A stretch of DNA of 62,847 bases, the filler included, from a bacterium (GTDB lineage Bacteria > UBP15 > UBA6099 > JAJRTR01), in assembly GCA_024278215.1 (NCBI GenBank). It is 4 parts of 4 records of this genome, joined end to end, with 100 filler letters (N's around TTAATTAATTAA, not from the genome) between each part and the next. Parts side by side here need not be neighbours in the genome. Positions count along the whole stretch, not along the records: positions 57,925 to 62,847 come from JAJRTR010000186.1; 3 more parts are not named here. One strand, 5' to 3'. A model generated the notes under the pieces. It saw only the letters and a list, made by a program, of their open reading frames with translations, made no database searches and had not been told where the DNA came from. A program made the position numbers and the translations under genes. Shown here piece by piece: positions 58,341-62,847 of this stretch (positions are counted from its first letter, which is position 1; the number at the start of each line of letters is the position of its first letter).

Positions 58341-59399
58341 ATGCAGGAAAAGAGAACGGTGCTTGCCGCGCCGGATTCATTAGTGATCGACGGTAAAATA
58401 CAATTTGGAGTGTTCGACCGCGCCCCCCGCAATGTGAATATGCTCGACGCGGATTTCCTCAATCTCGCAGGCGCAACACCCCGCTTCGCCCGGCGCATGA
58501 GACTCAAGCAATGGCAGTTCTACTCGATCAGCACACCGGAAGTCTCGCTCGGTGTTCTCATTATCGACCTCGCATTTGTGGCCAGTTCGTTTGTCTATGC
58601 CTACGAGCGCGAAAAAGGAATATATCACGAACACAGCCGCGTCAAACTCGATACGAAAAGGCAGCTTGCAAGCAATCTCTATTCCGGCAAATGCTTTTTT
58701 TATGATAAAAACTACTCTGTTCAGATAAGCAATAACCTCGACAAAGGCTTCCATGAAATAAAGATCGAAGCAGGCGAATCGCGCGAAGCTCCTGCAATCG
58801 AAGCCGACATAAAGCTGATGCAGACTGTCGGCGCGAACCAGCCGCTGGTCGTCAGCCTGCCTGTCGGCGCGAACAGGGGCATGTATTCCCACAAAGCGGT
58901 ATGCCCCACGCGGGGACAGTTGCGCATCGGCGACAAAGAATATGAATGCGATGCATCACGAGACGTCGGCCTCATGGACGAACACAAGGCATTCTATCCG
59001 CGCCACACATACTGGAAATGGGCAATGCTCGGGTTTATTGACGAAAAAGGGCGCACAGTCGGTGCGAATCTCACCGACAATCTCATCAAGGATCAGGACC
59101 GGTGGAACGAAAACGCAATTTATTGTGGCGACACAATCAGTCTGCTCGGTTCGGTGCGTTTCAGGTACGACCGGCGCGACATGATGAAACCCTGGACGAT
59201 TTTCACGGACGACGAGCGCGTGGAACTCGAATTCATACCCGAAGGAATAAAGTCCGATAAGACAAATGCGCTGATTGTCAACATTGAATACTATCAGCCC
59301 TATGGCGTCTTTCGAGGCAAACTCGTCGACGACGCGGGCACCCTCCACGAGGTGCGCGATGTCTTCGGCATCACCGAATATCATAACGCGTATTATTAG
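58341..59399 (+). CDS. DUF2804 family protein
   Basis: RLKQWQFY, YSHKA, D.HKAFYP.HT.W.WA, NENA, Y.QPYG.F.G, GITEYH.A.Y. Confidence 0.78.
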   Translation: MQEKRTVLAAPDSLVIDGKIQFGVFDRAPRNVNMLDADFLNLAGATPRFARRMRLKQWQFYSISTPEVSLGVLIIDLAFVASSFVYAYEREKGIYHEHSRVKLDTKRQLASNLYSGKCFFYDKNYSVQISNNLDKGFHEIKIEAGESREAPAIEADIKLMQTVGANQPLVVSLPVGANRGMYSHKAVCPTRGQLRIGDKEYECDASRDVGLMDEHKAFYPRHTYWKWAMLGFIDEKGRTVGANLTDNLIKDQDRWNENAIYCGDTISLLGSVRFRYDRRDMMKPWTIFTDDERVELEFIPEGIKSDKTNALIVNIEYYQPYGVFRGKLVDDAGTLHEVRDVFGITEYHNAYY

Positions 59400-59422
59400 C
59401 CCGCATTGGTGAAATATCCGGG
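59400..59422 (-). repeat. MITE family B terminal repeat, right of the DUF2804 gene (inverted)
   Basis: Reverse complement CCCGGATATTTCACCAATGCGGG, 22/23 identical to 58297-58319. Confidence 0.7.
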
Positions 59423-59611
59423 TTAGAGGTGGTATAGCCCCTTGTGCCGATGAAAGAAACAGAATGTTGCAGCTATGAAAAGAGTGATGAACACAGTGCG
59501 TATATTTTACTTCATGCAAGAGCGCCGGGCGGTTTTGCAATGAAGCGAATGAACAAATATAATAGAGCCGTAAAATAAATATACAGACGGCCTGTGATCG
59601 GAGATGCGATA

Positions 59612-60718
59612 ATGAAAAAGAGATTTCTGCCGGTTTTATTGTCGGCGCTGGTACTGCTGGTTTTCAGCGCCGGATGCTCCAACGAAATTGATAATGCTGT
59701 CAATTTGCTCGGAGGAACCGAGGAGCAACAGGAAGAAGCACGGGACATAATATCAATGTCCGTTAAGGACCCGCTTCCGAAGTTGGAGAAGGCGCTTACG
59801 AACAAAAAACTGTCACCGCTTGCAAGGAAAAATGTCGCCTTGCTGATCGGTGCGCAGGGCAGCAAGATGGGCGACGAATCGGTAGTTCCGGTGCTTGTAG
59901 ATGCGATAGATGATTCGGAACCCGAGGTGCAACTCGCGATTGTCGACGCGCTCGAGTCGGTTGGCGAAGACAGTAGTCTGGCGGCCATCCAGAAACTGGC
60001 CGGGCACAAGTCGGCGACGGTCGCGCAGAGAGCGCAATCAATACTTAACAGTGAGGCGCAGAAATTTATTGACGAAGCCAACGCACTCGCCGACAAAGCC
60101 ATAGACAGGAAGATAGAACTTCTGAACGAAGCACTCGGGGTCGATCCGAACAACAGCGAAGTGCTGCTGCGACTTGCCGGTTATTATACGCTGAACGGTG
60201 AAAAACAGAAGGCCAGAGACATATATGAAAGAGGCGGAAAATATGTGCGTGAGGTCATGGTGCTGGGCCCGATATACGGAAGAGTAAAGGGAACACTTGT
60301 TGCGCCTGGGGCAGTGGATACGTCAAAACCGGTCGAGTATGAAGGCGCGGAATACCGATGGCTGAAGTTCGACACGGTGGCTGACAGGGGCGTTATTGAT
60401 TTTCGCAGGATGAGAGAAACAAAGGTTTCAAAAGGCACGTCGCTGGTGACGTTTACAATCGACTCGGAGTCGAAGCAGGATGTGCTGCTCAAGCTCTATT
60501 CTAAAAGCAGTGTGGATATGTGGCTGAACGGAAAAGAAATTTTCAGGGCAAACCCGAAGCAGATTCGTGCAAAGGACGAGCATCCTGTTGAAATTACATT
60601 GAACGAAGGAGAGAACAGGGTGCTGATGAAACTGCTGGACAAAATGTATCCGCGTTTCTCGATCAGGGTGAGCGGCCCTGGCGGAGAAAAGATAGACACC
60701 ATAAGCTACGGCCTTTGA
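59612..60718 (+). CDS. HEAT-repeat lipoprotein with a C-terminal beta-sandwich domain
   Basis: Lipobox SAGC; VPVLVDAIDD.EPEVQLAIVDAL HEAT-like repeat; WLNGKE..LNEGENRVLMKL. Confidence 0.7.
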   Translation: MKKRFLPVLLSALVLLVFSAGCSNEIDNAVNLLGGTEEQQEEARDIISMSVKDPLPKLEKALTNKKLSPLARKNVALLIGAQGSKMGDESVVPVLVDAIDDSEPEVQLAIVDALESVGEDSSLAAIQKLAGHKSATVAQRAQSILNSEAQKFIDEANALADKAIDRKIELLNEALGVDPNNSEVLLRLAGYYTLNGEKQKARDIYERGGKYVREVMVLGPIYGRVKGTLVAPGAVDTSKPVEYEGAEYRWLKFDTVADRGVIDFRRMRETKVSKGTSLVTFTIDSESKQDVLLKLYSKSSVDMWLNGKEIFRANPKQIRAKDEHPVEITLNEGENRVLMKLLDKMYPRFSIRVSGPGGEKIDTISYGL

Positions 60719-60732
60719 TCGGGGGAGGAATA

Positions 60733-61848
60733 ATGAAAATGAATTTGAAAAAATATTTCAGTACGGCATTTATGGCGATTGCCGTAGTTATGATGTTTAC
60801 AGCCGCCGCCGCACAAGAAGACAAAGGCGGAGGCATGGGTGACATGTCAAAGGTCGATCCGGAAAAAGCCGGCCGCCTCATGACAATCTTCAGCGAAAAA
60901 ATCGAGCACAGATTCGCGCCGGTCTTCGAATCCGTCGAGTTCGGACCGGCCAAAAGAGGCGAACCTGTCGAGGTCACCGCAGTCGTGAAACATGAGACGG
61001 ATAAGCCGATAGACAAAATCACACAGGTCGCTGTTTACTATTCACTCGACGGCGGCAAGACGAGATTCCGAGGACCGGTTCTGCTGAAACCGCAAATGAA
61101 AGCGAACACATGGAAGGGCAGCATTCCCGCCATCGACGAGAGGGGGAAAGTGCTTGTCGTCCCGTATGCGAAAGATTCCTATGGAAACGTCGGCGTGTCG
61201 ACAGCGTGCGATGTCACATCGTGGCCGCCGTTCGAGGACCCGTGCATGGTGCCGGGCGCGGTGGACGCCGAACCTGTCGACGATCCGCCCGCGCTTATCG
61301 ACGACGAATATGATATATGGGATGTACAACTTGGGATGGACAAAGACCACATATATATCGCTACGGATACGGAAGGAAATTATTCGAAGGGATCGGTCAA
61401 TCCACTCAAAATCAATACGGTCATGACAATGGTTCTCGACACACCGACGCTATACAAGTTCGACAATATTATGACGCTTATGTCGCCGGAGGGCCGCGAG
61501 GAAGCTAAAAAGAACGCCGACAAGGCCGCTATGATCATGTTCGCGCCACTGATAAAATCATTCGCGCCCGACCTTAAAAGCTGCGCGATACTTCGCATGG
61601 ACAAGGCCGGCAAAGGCGATATGAAAGAAATGTTCGACGATTCCAATGTTACCTGCAAGGCAGTCGGCACAACGATATACATGAAAATCAACAAGGCGGC
61701 GTTCGACACGGAAACGAAGGACACGATATCCATCATGGCCGCCCTGAACGGCTATATAAATGACCCGAAAATTCCGATACCGGCGCTTATGGAATTCCTG
61801 GCTTTTACAAATCTCACCGGCAAAGAGTATTCTTTCAAAGTAAGATGA
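60733..61848 (+). CDS. Hypothetical secreted protein
   Basis: GGAGG RBS; signal peptide ending AAAA-QE; coupled to the upstream gene. Confidence 0.65.
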   Translation: MKMNLKKYFSTAFMAIAVVMMFTAAAAQEDKGGGMGDMSKVDPEKAGRLMTIFSEKIEHRFAPVFESVEFGPAKRGEPVEVTAVVKHETDKPIDKITQVAVYYSLDGGKTRFRGPVLLKPQMKANTWKGSIPAIDERGKVLVVPYAKDSYGNVGVSTACDVTSWPPFEDPCMVPGAVDAEPVDDPPALIDDEYDIWDVQLGMDKDHIYIATDTEGNYSKGSVNPLKINTVMTMVLDTPTLYKFDNIMTLMSPEGREEAKKNADKAAMIMFAPLIKSFAPDLKSCAILRMDKAGKGDMKEMFDDSNVTCKAVGTTIYMKINKAAFDTETKDTISIMAALNGYINDPKIPIPALMEFLAFTNLTGKEYSFKVR

Positions 61849-62009
61849 ATGAACAACCGCTGTAGACGTCCTTGTGCGTTTTTTGATACTATGTATATAT
61901 GTTGGGATATGACCGGAATTTGCCCTTTAATTCCGGATCGTCCCAGGAAATCGGCGCCGAATAAGAATGATAAATTATACCATACCCGCGTATAAGAGAA
62001 GGGTGTAAT

Positions 62010-62648
62010 ATGGAAGCTGCACTGATGCACGCTATAACCGTATTTTTGGGGTTTTTCGCTATCATGAACCCCATCGCAAATGTCCCGATATTTCTTGGTC
62101 TTACGAGTGAGGATGATAAACAGACAACTGCGAGCGTGGCATCGAGATCGCTGATAATCGCTTTCCTGATCGTTGCGTTGTTTTCAGTGGTTGGGAAGGT
62201 GGTTTTTGAGATGTTTGGTCTCACTCTGCCGGCTTTTCGAATTACCGGGGGCTTGATCGTATTTCTTATCGGTTTCCATATGCTTCAAGGCAAGCAATCG
62301 ATTATCCAACACCCAAGTAAAGAGGACAAGCAGAATTTCCGGGACGCGGCGCTCAGTGTTGCGATATCTCCATTGGCGATGCCGATACTCGCCGGCCCTG
62401 GCACTATCACAACTGCGATGAGTTTTTCGGCAGGTGGTGGCCTTACAGAGGTTATTGTGACTATTACTATGTTTGCCGTTCTTTGTATAATCACTTATGT
62501 GCTCTTTATGTTTGGCGAGAAGTTCGTTGGCTACATCGGAGATAGTGCATTGGGGGTAATCACTCGCATGATGGGCCTGATCCTCGCTGTAATCGGAACG
62601 CAGATGGTGATAGTAGGGCTGCATGGGGCCTTCGATTTGGCGGGATGA
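62010..62648 (+). CDS. MarC family membrane protein
   Basis: FAIMNPIANVPIF, AFRITGG, PLAMPILAGPGTI, TRMMGLILAVIG. Confidence 0.92.
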   Translation: MEAALMHAITVFLGFFAIMNPIANVPIFLGLTSEDDKQTTASVASRSLIIAFLIVALFSVVGKVVFEMFGLTLPAFRITGGLIVFLIGFHMLQGKQSIIQHPSKEDKQNFRDAALSVAISPLAMPILAGPGTITTAMSFSAGGGLTEVIVTITMFAVLCIITYVLFMFGEKFVGYIGDSALGVITRMMGLILAVIGTQMVIVGLHGAFDLAG

Positions 62649-62847
62649 TCAACTAGTTGAGTCTACGACACTGAGTTGTCTCGCACATCCTGGGGTCATG
62701 TGAATCTTGATTCGCGTGTAATTAGTCATTTTCAATTCAGGCGTTGTTTTTAAAGTCGTCGGAAATACGCAAAAACGTTCTTTACGAGTTCGCTATCGTC
62801 GCTTATTGTCCGTTGACAAATGTCATCCGCGGCTTTTTACACACGAA

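Noticed and set aside
61855-62675. marC as cargo between GTAGAC/GTCTAC inverted ends
   Set aside because: The match is only about 6 bp with no target duplication, so it is not distinguishable from chance
1-62847. CRISPR array, tRNA or rRNA genes
   Set aside because: No regularly spaced repeats or tRNA/rRNA signatures recognised by eye; tRNAscan and CRISPR finders were not run

Overview
62.8 kb of bacterial DNA, probably from an anaerobe; the lineage cannot be assigned from sequence alone. It is four contigs joined by identical 100-bp N/TTAATTAATTAA linkers (22913-23012, 51389-51488, 57825-57924), so adjacency across linkers is unreliable. Contig 1: ftsY, GDPD, a nucleotidyltransferase-TPM-LemA operon, a LUD protein, hisG, murI, dacB with an in-frame stop, an AT-rich zone around ispD where G/C skew switches, an hdrC-hdrB-hdrL(hdrA)-mvhD-metV-metF cluster and rlmN. 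Contig 2: an interrupted FGE-domain lipoprotein, two hicBA loci, GH2, rfbA, SIS, thiolase, a beta-propeller protein, an orphan HAMP/PAS sensor, a candidate structured ncRNA, small novel ORFs and a 13-kb defence operon (Mad1/Xis-like HTH, SNF2 helicase, HigB/HigA-IrrE, type III Mod, AAA ATPase, DUF4276, type III Res). Contigs 3-4: TPR protein, DUF1998 helicase, secreted proteins, a DUF2804 gene bracketed by inverted repeats and MarC. Two MITE families and a duplicated IS end are scattered through the window. Family names come from motif recognition, not database searches.
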